Translations under genes and position numbers: made by a program
In this document: one piece after another, positions 37,202-46,228 of the stretch
Layout: each line of letters starts with the position of its first letter
Numbering within the stretch: the stretch's first letter is position 1
Notes under the pieces: generated by a model
The model's database searches: none
What the model was told of the DNA's origin: nothing
Seen by the model: only the letters and a program-made list of their open reading frames with translations
From: Myxococcota bacterium
GTDB taxonomy: Bacteria > Myxococcota_A > UBA9160 > UBA6930
Direction of reading: 5' to 3'
DNA: 64,000 nt
Assembly: GCA_965223415.1 (NCBI GenBank)
Contig: OZ245002.1
Span: 4,320,001-4,384,000, forward strand

Positions 37202-39556
37202 ATGCCCTTGCGCGCTGCCGTCCTTCTCCTCGCTCTGTCCCCCGTGGTGCTCGGTGGGCCGAACTGTGCCCCGCCCACCACGGGGCCGGACACGACCTTC
37301 CCGGGCTACGCGGTGCTCCAGCTCTCCGCCTTCGGGCCCACCAGCGTGGAAGACCAGCTTCGCCTGGCCGCCCAGACCGTCGACCCGGGCACGATCATCG
37401 AGCTGCCGGCCGGTACGTTCCCGTTCGCCGGGGGCGTCACCTTCGACACCTCCCACGTGACGATCCGCGGCCAGGGCATCGACGTCACGATCCTCGATTT
37501 CTCGGGCGCCTCGACGCCCCAGGGCATCCTCGGGCGGGGCGATCACTTCGCGGTGCAGGACTTCACGGTCCTCGATCCCCCGGGCGACGGCATCAAGACC
37601 GAGTTCGTCGACGGGGCGGTCTTCGAGCGGGTGAAGGTGGAGTGGCCGAGCGGCCCCGATCCGAACAACGGCGCCTACGGCATCTACCCGGCCCAGAACG
37701 ACAACGTCCTGATCGACGGCGTGATCGTGCGCGGCGCGATCGACGCGGGCATCTACGTCGGCCAGAGCCGCAACGTGATCGTCCGCAACTGCGTCGCCTA
37801 CGAGAACGTGCTCGGCATCGAGATCGAGAACACGATCGGCGCCGACACCTACGACAACCTCACCTACGACAACACCGCCGGCATCGTGGCCTTCAACCTG
37901 GTGGGCCTGCAGCCGCCGGACCAGAACCGATTCTTCAACAACACGATGCGAGACAACAACACGCCCAACTTCGCGGCCGGCGGCATCCTCTCGAGCGTTC
38001 CCGGCGGCACGGGCATGCTCGTGATCGGCAACAAGAACCTCGAGATCTTCAACAACACCTTCGACAACAACGAGACGGTGAACCTCTTCGTCTCGAGCAT
38101 GCACATCGCGGACTTCCCGAACCTGAATCCGACCTACCCGCCGGGCTACGACCCCTACGCCGAGGGCATCTACATTCACGACAACGTGATGACCGGCGGC
38201 GGCAACCTGCCCCAGGGCCAGCTCGGCAACCTGGTGTCGCTGGCCCTGGGCTCCCCGGCGCCGGACATCGCCATCGGCGGCTATGCGAACCCGGCCCACA
38301 TCCCGAACCTCGATCCGAACCAGCCCATCGCGAACCAGCTGCCGACCCACCTCAAGATCTGCATCCAGAACAACACCATCGACACCGCGTTCGGCAGCAT
38401 CAACGGCTTCAGCGTGCAGGGGCCTCAGTTCGATCCCACGCCCCACGATTGCGCCCAGGCGCCGCTTCCCGCGATCACCCTGCCGACGCCGCCTCCGCCG
38501 CCGACCACCGGCGGCTTCACGCCGGCGGAGATCGACGCCTTCTGCAACGACGGCGAGCAGGGCATCAACTGGGACGCACTGGCCAACGTGAACTGCCCGG
38601 ACCTGGCGGCCTACCGGCTCTTCCCGACCGGCGATCCCCGCGACGCCCAGGTCGGCGGCCTGCCCTACGAGCTGAACACGCCGCTCTTCTCTGACTACGC
38701 GGTGAAGCACCGGCAGATCTTCCTGCCGCCCGGCACCGCGATGTCCTACGACGACACCGACTTCCTGGGCTTTCCCCTCGGCACGGTGATCGCCAAGAGC
38801 TTCGGCTTCCGCGATCCGACGGCTTCTCCGCCGCGGGAGGTGCTGATCGAGACCCGGCTCCTGGTGCTGCGGGCGAACGGCTGGGTCGGGCTCCCGTACG
38901 TCTGGGACGTCACCGAGACGGTCGCGACTTACACGCCCCAGGGCGCGTCGGTGAACACGAACCTGCTCACCGACGACGACGTGCTGGTCAATACGGACTA
39001 CGGCGTGCCGTCGCGCACCGACTGCGGGCAGTGCCACTTCACGGGCTCGGGAGGCGACGTGCCGATCGGCCCCACCGTGCGCAACCTGAACCGCCTGGAG
39101 CCCTTCGGCACGCGCAACCAGCTCGACCTGTGGACCGACGAGGGCGTGCTCCTCTATGCCCCGCCTTCCGCTCAGGCACCGCTCCTGCCCGTCTGGAACC
39201 AGCCGAGCACGGGAACCGTCGCCGAGCGCGCCCGAGCCTACCTCGAAGAGAACTGCGCTCACTGCCACAACCCGAACGGTCGGGCCAGCTCCACGCAGCT
39301 GTGGCTCGAGCACGACCGGCCCCTCGGCCTGAACGTCGGCCTGTGCAAGCAGCCGATCGCCGCCGGCCCGGGGAAGCTCGGGCTCACCTACGACATCGAG
39401 CCCGGCGCCCCGGACAGCTCGATCCTCGTTCGGCGCATGGACGACCTGCGGCCCGCGGTCATGATGCCGGAGATCGAGAAGAGCCTGATCCACGATGCCG
39501 GCGTCGCGCTGGTGACCCAGTGGGTGGAGGAGATGAACCTGCCGGCCTGTCCGTGA
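37202..39556 (+). CDS. Exported fusion of a parallel beta-helix domain and an SO2930-like diheme c cytochrome domain
   Basis: GAYGIYP, DAGIYVGQS, GIEIEN, GTGML; then YELNTPLFSDYAVK, IETRLL, CGQCH, CAHCH. Confidence 0.85.
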   Translation: MPLRAAVLLLALSPVVLGGPNCAPPTTGPDTTFPGYAVLQLSAFGPTSVEDQLRLAAQTVDPGTIIELPAGTFPFAGGVTFDTSHVTIRGQGIDVTILDFSGASTPQGILGRGDHFAVQDFTVLDPPGDGIKTEFVDGAVFERVKVEWPSGPDPNNGAYGIYPAQNDNVLIDGVIVRGAIDAGIYVGQSRNVIVRNCVAYENVLGIEIENTIGADTYDNLTYDNTAGIVAFNLVGLQPPDQNRFFNNTMRDNNTPNFAAGGILSSVPGGTGMLVIGNKNLEIFNNTFDNNETVNLFVSSMHIADFPNLNPTYPPGYDPYAEGIYIHDNVMTGGGNLPQGQLGNLVSLALGSPAPDIAIGGYANPAHIPNLDPNQPIANQLPTHLKICIQNNTIDTAFGSINGFSVQGPQFDPTPHDCAQAPLPAITLPTPPPPPTTGGFTPAEIDAFCNDGEQGINWDALANVNCPDLAAYRLFPTGDPRDAQVGGLPYELNTPLFSDYAVKHRQIFLPPGTAMSYDDTDFLGFPLGTVIAKSFGFRDPTASPPREVLIETRLLVLRANGWVGLPYVWDVTETVATYTPQGASVNTNLLTDDDVLVNTDYGVPSRTDCGQCHFTGSGGDVPIGPTVRNLNRLEPFGTRNQLDLWTDEGVLLYAPPSAQAPLLPVWNQPSTGTVAERARAYLEENCAHCHNPNGRASSTQLWLEHDRPLGLNVGLCKQPIAAGPGKLGLTYDIEPGAPDSSILVRRMDDLRPAVMMPEIEKSLIHDAGVALVTQWVEEMNLPACP

Positions 39557-39599
39557 TCTCCGGGCCGGGCCGTGGGCAGCCCGCGGCCCGACAGCCGTC

Positions 39600-40457
39600 C
39601 TATCCGCCCGCCATCCTGCGGTTCGCCGCGATGGCGGCGGACAGGAACGTCTCGAGTCTCGTCGCCTGCTCGTCAGCCCCCGGCTCCCGGACGATCGTCC
39701 GGCCCCGAAGGATCGCGCCGGTCCACCCCTGGGTGTGCCAGACCCCGCCCCCGGAGAGGTCGGCGAGCTCCGGGCTCGCCGCGCCGGGCCAGTGGTTCAC
39801 GTACCAGTAGGGCTCGTCGTAGATCTCGTCGCCCGGGGAGAGCCCGACGCCGACGGTCCGGGTGGCCGCCCCCGAGGAGTCCTTCGCCAGCTCGAGCAGC
39901 AGAGCCAGGTCGAAGTGGTGGGGCCAGCAGCGCACCGGAGTCGCCTCGTCCGGGTGCCGGGCGGCGAGGAGGCGCAGGGTGTCGTCGGCGACGTCGAACC
40001 AGCGGGCCAGCTCGGCCAGGGCGCCCGGCTCGGGGTCGAAGGGCGCGCCCTCTCCGGCGGCATGGGCCGGCATGTCGTAGCCCGGATGGACGAGCTTGAG
40101 GTCGACCGCGCCACGGGTCCAGGTCCGGGCCCAGCCCGCGGCGAGAGCGTAGGCGTCGTCGACGGTCGAGCCGACGAGCGCCTGCTCCTCCCGGATCGCG
40201 CCCTGGGCGTCGAGCAGCAGCAGGTGGAGGTCTGCGATGCGAAGCGCAAGCCGGAAGGGGTGGGCGCCGGGCACCAGATCGCCGGCCAGGGCTGCCTGGG
40301 CGCGAATCCACTCCAGGTTCGTGTGACTCGTGTCCGGGACGGGCGCGAGGAAGCGCTCGCCCGCGGCCGCGAGGGCCTGGGCGGCCCAATGGGCCTGGAG
40401 CCGGGCGTCGGTGAGCGCCGCCGGCGGTACGGTGCCGAGGCGCGAACGGCCGATCAC
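39600..40457 (-). CDS. Hypothetical protein, DUF5996-like
   Basis: GTGA overlap; ARLQAHWAAQ, DTSHTNL, CWPHHFDLA, GLSPGD..YDEPYWYV. Confidence 0.6.
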   Translation of the reverse strand: MIGRSRLGTVPPAALTDARLQAHWAAQALAAAGERFLAPVPDTSHTNLEWIRAQAALAGDLVPGAHPFRLALRIADLHLLLLDAQGAIREEQALVGSTVDDAYALAAGWARTWTRGAVDLKLVHPGYDMPAHAAGEGAPFDPEPGALAELARWFDVADDTLRLLAARHPDEATPVRCWPHHFDLALLLELAKDSSGAATRTVGVGLSPGDEIYDEPYWYVNHWPGAASPELADLSGGGVWHTQGWTGAILRGRTIVREPGADEQATRLETFLSAAIAANRRMAGG

Positions 40458-42091
40458 GGGGTCCCTCCTTCCTGGCGCACGCCGGCGAAGGGGACGCCGG
40501 TAAGATCGGCGACCTCCCGCTTCCAGCTCGTGAGGTCGTCGACCGAGAAGTCGCCCAGCTGGTGGTGGCCGCAGGCGCGGGCGAGCACGCACATCAGCTC
40601 GGTGGCAGATCGCAGGAAGCGCTCGAGGCGAAGCGCGGCCGCGCCGATCTGCAGGCGGGCCCGCAACTGCTCCTTCTGGGTGGCGATGCCGACCGGGCAG
40701 TTATTGGTGTGGCAGGCGCGCATGCCGAGGCAGCCGATGGCCTGGAGCGCGGCGTTGGAGAGTCCGATCCCGTCGGCGCCGAGGGCGAGGGCCTTCACGA
40801 AGTCCGAGGGGACGCGCAGCCCGCCGGTCACGAGCAGGGTGACGTCCCGAGCGCCGCGCGCGTCCAGGTGCCGGCGCGCGCGAGCCAGGGCCGGCAGGGT
40901 CGGCACGGAGATGTTGTTGCGGAAGAGCAGCGGCGCGGCCCCGGTGCCGCCGCCGCGGCCGTCGAGGATCACGTAGTCGGCGCCCGCTTCGAGGGCAGCG
41001 TCCAGGTCCTTCTCCACGTGCTGGGCCGAGAGCTTGAAGCCGATGGGAACGCCGCCGGTGGCCTCGCGCACGTCTTCGGCGAAGCGGCGGAAGTCCTCCA
41101 CGTGCTGCCACTCGGGGAAGCGCGCCGGGGAGATCGCGGCCGTGCCCTCCGGCAGGCCGCGAACCTCGGCGATCTTCCCGTGCACCTTGTGGCCCGGCAG
41201 GTGGCCGCCCGTCCCGGTCTTCGCGCCCTGGCCGCACTTGAAGTGGAAGGCCTGCACCTCGGCGAGCTTGTCCAGGGCGAAGCCGAAACGCGCCGAGGCC
41301 AGCTCGTAGAGGTAGCGGGAGCTCTCGGCCCGCTCTTCCGGCAGCATGCCGCCCTCGCCGGAGCAGATGCCACTGCCCGCCCGCTCGGCGCCGCGCGCCA
41401 ACGCCACCTTCGCCTCGAAGGAGAGCGCGCCGAAGCTCATGTCCGAGACGAAGAGCGGGATGTCGAGGCGGAGGGGCCTCTTCGCTCGCGGTCCGATCAC
41501 GAGCTCGGTGCCGACCGGCTCTTCGTCGAGAAGCGGCACACGGTGCAGCTGCGCGGTCAGGAGCTGGAGATCCTCCCAGCCCGGCAGCTCATGGCGCGGT
41601 ACGCCCATCGCCTGCACCCGCCCGTGATGGCCGGCCTTCTCCAGGCCGCGCTCGGCCATCTCCTGGATCCAGTGGGTGAACGGCTCGTCCGGGGTGCCGT
41701 GCGGATCGGCGAAGGCGCCCTGGTAGGCGGCGCGGTCGTAGGGCTGGGGATGCTCACGTTCCCAAGCGTCGATTTCCTCCGCGTCCACCCACACCCGGCC
41801 CTCTTCCTGCCAGGCGCCGAAGCGGTGGAGCCGCTCCTCGTTGGCGTAGGAGCTGACACCGGTCTTGTAGCAGTAGTCCCAGTCGTGCAGGCCGCAGATC
41901 AGGTTGTGGCCCCGCAGCTCACCGTCCGCCAGCAGGGCGCCCCGATGGAGGCATCGCCCGTACAGGACGGAGACCTGGCTCGGATCCTCCGGCCAGCGCA
42001 CCACCACCAGGTCGACCCCGGCCACCAGGGCGTGGGCGACCTGGCCCAGGGCGAGATCCTCGAGCTCGGTGACGGCGACGGGGCGGGGCAT
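40454..42091 (-). CDS. Rieske [2Fe-2S] domain fused to an FMN-binding glutamate synthase-like domain
   Basis: CLHRG...CGLH; MSFGALS, SGEGG, GQGAKTG.GGHLPG, DGRGGGTGA, CLGMRACHTNNC. Confidence 0.88.
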   Translation of the reverse strand: MPRPVAVTELEDLALGQVAHALVAGVDLVVVRWPEDPSQVSVLYGRCLHRGALLADGELRGHNLICGLHDWDYCYKTGVSSYANEERLHRFGAWQEEGRVWVDAEEIDAWEREHPQPYDRAAYQGAFADPHGTPDEPFTHWIQEMAERGLEKAGHHGRVQAMGVPRHELPGWEDLQLLTAQLHRVPLLDEEPVGTELVIGPRAKRPLRLDIPLFVSDMSFGALSFEAKVALARGAERAGSGICSGEGGMLPEERAESSRYLYELASARFGFALDKLAEVQAFHFKCGQGAKTGTGGHLPGHKVHGKIAEVRGLPEGTAAISPARFPEWQHVEDFRRFAEDVREATGGVPIGFKLSAQHVEKDLDAALEAGADYVILDGRGGGTGAAPLLFRNNISVPTLPALARARRHLDARGARDVTLLVTGGLRVPSDFVKALALGADGIGLSNAALQAIGCLGMRACHTNNCPVGIATQKEQLRARLQIGAAALRLERFLRSATELMCVLARACGHHQLGDFSVDDLTSWKREVADLTGVPFAGVRQEGGTP

Positions 42092-42317
42092 GGGCTTTCT
42101 CCTCCCGCAGGGGATGCTGCTCGAGACGGCAGGTCACCGGCAAATCCCCGCGGGGCCGCGAAACCTGACGCTCCCAGGAGGAAAAGAGTTACCTCGGACG
42201 GAAGGTTGATCACTCACCAAGCCGATGACACCATGGGGCTTCCGCGCCTTCGAAGCCCCTGCTGCTTTTCGTCCCACCTCTCCGCCGAGACGCGGTCCCC
42301 CGAAAGGTCCCTCCCCG

Positions 42318-43886
42318 ATGAAGGTCACGCTCGTCTACCCCTCGACCCTGCCCGGCGAGAAGCCCGAGTACGGGCTTCCGCCGATGGGGATTCTCTACAT
42401 CGCTGCCGAGCTTCGCCGCGCGGGGGTGGACGCGGACGTCATCGACGCGGACATCGACGGCCTCACGGTCAAGGAGACCGTCGATCGGATCATCGCCCAG
42501 GAGCCGGACCTGGTCGGCTTCTCGGTGATGACGCCCCAGATCCCGGCCACCCTCGAGGCCTGCTTCTGGCTGAAGCAGCTCGCGCCCGAGATCCCGATCG
42601 TGATCGGCGGCGCCCACATCAGCTCCACCCACACCGACATCTTCATGCTCAGCGAGGACTTCGACTTCGCCGTCAGCGGCGAGGGCGAGCTGACCATGAT
42701 CGAGGTGTGCCAGGCGATGCAGCACGGCACGCTGCCCGACTGCCTGAAGGACATCAAGGGCGTCATCTACAAGGACCAGAACGGGATGGTCATCACCAAC
42801 GGCCCGCGCTCCTTCTACAAGGAGCTCGATGACTTCGCGCCCATCGACTACGGCATGGTCGACGTGATGAAGTACAAGATCCCGACCCTGCCCGGGCCGC
42901 CGGTGGTCGGGCTCATGATCACGCGCGGGTGTCCCTTCAAGTGCACCTACTGCGACGCGCCGACAACGACCGGCAAGAAGATCCGCTACCACTCGCCGGA
43001 CCGCGCCGTGTCCGACATCGTGCGGCTCCACGAAGAGTTCGGCGTCCGCGGCTTCTCCTTCCGCGACAGCACCTTCACCGCGAAGAAGAAGTGGGTCGTC
43101 GAGTTCTGCGAGAAGCTGATCGAGGCGGACATCGACGTGGAGTGGCGCTGCAACACGCGCGTCGACTGCGTCACCGAGGACCTCATCAAGCTGATGAAGA
43201 AGGCGGGCTGCCACACCATCAACTTCGGTGTCGAGTCCCTGCACCCGGAGATCGTCGCCCGGATCAAGAAGGAGGTGGAGCCCGAGCAGGTCCGGAAGGC
43301 GCACCGCTGGACCAACAAGTACGGGATCCGCACCTACACGACCTTCCTGGTCGGCTCGCCGGGCGAGACGGACGAGACCATCCGTTACACCCTGGAAGAG
43401 GCCAAGAAGCTCCGGCCCAGCATGGCGATGTTCTTCGTGACGATCGGATACCCGGGCACGGAGATGTACACGGAGGCCGTGAAGGAGGGCCTGGTGGAGC
43501 CGCGCTGGTGGCACACCCAGGGCTGGGACGAGGACAAGGTGACCGCCTTCGAGAAGCGCTGGGGCTGGAGCGCCGACGCCGGCGCCCTGACCATCCCGGG
43601 CTTCGACGCCGAGGCCTGGCAGAAGCGCTGCACCCGCGAGTTCTACCTGCGGCCCCGCTTCATATGGGACACGGCGGTCTTCATCCTGAAGAACCCGTAC
43701 TTCCTGCGCCACGCGGTCACCCTGGCCAAGGAGCTCGTGCCCCTCCACAAGATCAAGCTCCCCTTCCTCGGGAAGAAGAAGCAGGTCAACGAAGAGGCCC
43801 AGAAGTTCTCCCAGTGCCCGTCGGAGCCCACCAAGGCCTACGTGAAGCGGGACACGGAGAGCCGCAGCGCCATCGACGCGGGCTGA
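42318..43886 (+). CDS. B12-binding radical SAM enzyme (paralog 1)
   Basis: PPMGILYIAA, GGAH, TRGCPFKCTYC, GVES, PGT. Confidence 0.9.
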   Translation: MKVTLVYPSTLPGEKPEYGLPPMGILYIAAELRRAGVDADVIDADIDGLTVKETVDRIIAQEPDLVGFSVMTPQIPATLEACFWLKQLAPEIPIVIGGAHISSTHTDIFMLSEDFDFAVSGEGELTMIEVCQAMQHGTLPDCLKDIKGVIYKDQNGMVITNGPRSFYKELDDFAPIDYGMVDVMKYKIPTLPGPPVVGLMITRGCPFKCTYCDAPTTTGKKIRYHSPDRAVSDIVRLHEEFGVRGFSFRDSTFTAKKKWVVEFCEKLIEADIDVEWRCNTRVDCVTEDLIKLMKKAGCHTINFGVESLHPEIVARIKKEVEPEQVRKAHRWTNKYGIRTYTTFLVGSPGETDETIRYTLEEAKKLRPSMAMFFVTIGYPGTEMYTEAVKEGLVEPRWWHTQGWDEDKVTAFEKRWGWSADAGALTIPGFDAEAWQKRCTREFYLRPRFIWDTAVFILKNPYFLRHAVTLAKELVPLHKIKLPFLGKKKQVNEEAQKFSQCPSEPTKAYVKRDTESRSAIDAG

Positions 43887-43972
43887 ACACCGGTCCCCGC
43901 CCCTCCGGGGCGGGAGAATGCGAGTCGGCCGCCCCCGAGATTCGCCTACGCTAGGTCTCGGAGGGTCGAGCC

Positions 43973-46228
43973 ATGGATGCTGTCCCGGATCGTCGTCTGC
44001 GCGGATCCCGTCGACGCCTCGGCTTCGGAGTACTGCTCGCACTTCTCGCGGCCAGCGCGCTCGCGCCGCGTTGCCAGGGGCCGACGCCCATCCAGGGTCT
44101 CGTCTACGGGCCGGGCGGCGGGTTGCTGCTGATGTCCGACGCCGAGTTCGGCCTTTGGAGGGACTCGCCGGACCTGACCTACGTCCTGTTCGCCCAGCGG
44201 CCCCTCGACTCGCTCGACGCGACCGACCGTGCTCTTCTCGCCAGCCGCGCGCAGGAGCTGTCGGACGAGGGCAAGAAGCTGATCCTCCAGATCTGGTGGG
44301 GCGGCCAAGAGGTCTTCATCAGTGGTCCCCGAGGCTACTACTGGCCCTGGGAGGTGTACTCGCTCCCCAACATCGCCCGGGACGGCGACGTGCAGGCGCG
44401 CTTCCTCGACCACGCCGTGAAGCCCCTGATCGACCTGATCGGCCCGCAGAACCTCTACGGCGTGCATCTCCTCGAGGAGAGCGGCCTCCAGCACGCCTCC
44501 GACGCGGACGATCCCGGGCAGTGCGGTCCGGACGACGTGCCCGCCGAATGCCTCGGCGACCACATGCTGACCTGCCTCGACGACGACCTCGGCAACGACG
44601 ACCCGGTGTGCAGCGGGCTGTGCGCGGACTTCGTCGACGGATCACTGAACGACGACGGCAACGCGTACGACACGCCGTACTTCGCGGCGCGAAACTACGC
44701 TGCGGACGCGAAGTACGACGGCCTCCGGATGTGCAACGTGTTCCGGCATCGGGGCGACTTCAAGGCGATCACCGGACTCGACCTGTACGATCCGCCGGAC
44801 TGTGATTGTCCTTCCGGCGTCGACGGCGACTGCCTGAAGGACTGCATCGACGCCGACATTCCGAGGGACGTCGTCGAAGGGTGGATCGCACAGCGTCTCG
44901 TGATCGACGCGGAGCGCGCCTTCGCAGGATTCGTCCGAGCCGAGTACCCCGGACTGAAGGTCTTCTCCTGGCTCAGCTGCGACCTCAACAGCAATACCGC
45001 GGTTGGCGACTGCGCCGATCTGGCGTCAGTCGTCGACGGTTTCATCCTCCAGGGCGGCTCCAACTTCGCCGCCGCCTATCGCGAGGTACGCCAAGCAAGG
45101 CGACTCCTGCCGGGCGCAGAGCTGCTGTTCCAGGGGCACATCGACGCCGACCTGGACTGGATCGACAAGGTGCGACTGGCGACGCTCGGTTTCGTGGGCG
45201 GGGCGGAGGCGTTCGGGATCCTGGCCGACGAGCACAGCTGGCAGGATCCCGAGGTCGCCGCCGATCCCACGAAGTGGGGCGACGACCAGGCGATCCACGC
45301 CACGCTTCGCAGGCTCGATCCGATCGCTCCGGAGAACCGGGTGCTGGTCGTGTCGGCCATCACGCAGGACCTGCTGAGCGACGTCTATCAGCTCGCCGCG
45401 TTCAGCCATTTCGACGCCGTCGCACCCCAGGACCTGCACGCGATCGAGCTCTCGGACTACGACCTCATCGTCTTCTACGCGAACGCGGCCGCGTCTGGCC
45501 CCGAGCTGAGCCGCATCCAATGGGATCGGCCCGGGATCCAGGCGCAGTACGGGTTCGGGGGCTGGGCGGACGAGCAACGCCTGGAGACCTTCGTCCAGGG
45601 AGGAGGGCTCGTGGTGTTGATCGGGGCTTGGGATCTCGGCCCCGATCGTCCGCTGCTGACGAAGGACCACCTCGCGACCGGCGGCAACGACTCCAGCGGC
45701 GTGCGCACCCTGGATCCCAGCGGTTGGGCCTGCATGCCCCCCGGCGCCACCTATCAGACGCACATCCGCTACTTCAACCCGGTGACACACGGGCCGCTCT
45801 GGAGCGACGTCACCGTACTGGACCCGGCGCTCGAGGCGGCCGGGATCTACGTGCCGCGGGGAGCCGGCGCGGTGCTCGCGATGCCCATGTGGCGGATCTG
45901 TGTTGGGACGTGCGACACGGACGACATCGAGGGCGCCTACGCGCAGGCGTGGCGCCGCTACCTCCATGACGTCTTCTCGGCACTCGCGACCTGTCACGCG
46001 AAACCGGAGGTCCTGGAGGCACTCGTGGAGGGCGATGCGGGGCAGGGCTACCTGCGCCAGTCGGTGCTCGCCAAGCAGGGTGCGGCCCGCTGGGACGGCG
46101 TCACCACGATCACCTTCCTCGACGGGCCGACCCTCGACCTGGAGGGAGAGGACGTCTTCGGGGGCGCCGTGGACCCGACCTTCACCGAGGCGGACGGCGC
46201 CATGATCGTCGTGGACCCCACACCCTAG
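43973..46228 (+). CDS. Large exported Cys/Asp-rich hypothetical protein, possibly glycoside-hydrolase-like
   Basis: Basic plus hydrophobic signal ending APRC; LSDYDLIVF...LETFVQGGGLVVLIG resembles the GH42 trimerisation domain. Confidence 0.55.
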   Translation: MDAVPDRRLRGSRRRLGFGVLLALLAASALAPRCQGPTPIQGLVYGPGGGLLLMSDAEFGLWRDSPDLTYVLFAQRPLDSLDATDRALLASRAQELSDEGKKLILQIWWGGQEVFISGPRGYYWPWEVYSLPNIARDGDVQARFLDHAVKPLIDLIGPQNLYGVHLLEESGLQHASDADDPGQCGPDDVPAECLGDHMLTCLDDDLGNDDPVCSGLCADFVDGSLNDDGNAYDTPYFAARNYAADAKYDGLRMCNVFRHRGDFKAITGLDLYDPPDCDCPSGVDGDCLKDCIDADIPRDVVEGWIAQRLVIDAERAFAGFVRAEYPGLKVFSWLSCDLNSNTAVGDCADLASVVDGFILQGGSNFAAAYREVRQARRLLPGAELLFQGHIDADLDWIDKVRLATLGFVGGAEAFGILADEHSWQDPEVAADPTKWGDDQAIHATLRRLDPIAPENRVLVVSAITQDLLSDVYQLAAFSHFDAVAPQDLHAIELSDYDLIVFYANAAASGPELSRIQWDRPGIQAQYGFGGWADEQRLETFVQGGGLVVLIGAWDLGPDRPLLTKDHLATGGNDSSGVRTLDPSGWACMPPGATYQTHIRYFNPVTHGPLWSDVTVLDPALEAAGIYVPRGAGAVLAMPMWRICVGTCDTDDIEGAYAQAWRRYLHDVFSALATCHAKPEVLEALVEGDAGQGYLRQSVLAKQGAARWDGVTTITFLDGPTLDLEGEDVFGGAVDPTFTEADGAMIVVDPTP

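Noticed and set aside
42139..42194. c-di-GMP-I riboswitch-like words (GGCAAA...CGCGAAAC...GAGTTACC) upstream of rSAM paralog 1
   Set aside because: Lacks the GNRA tetraloop stem and its receptor; an Rfam covariance search would be needed
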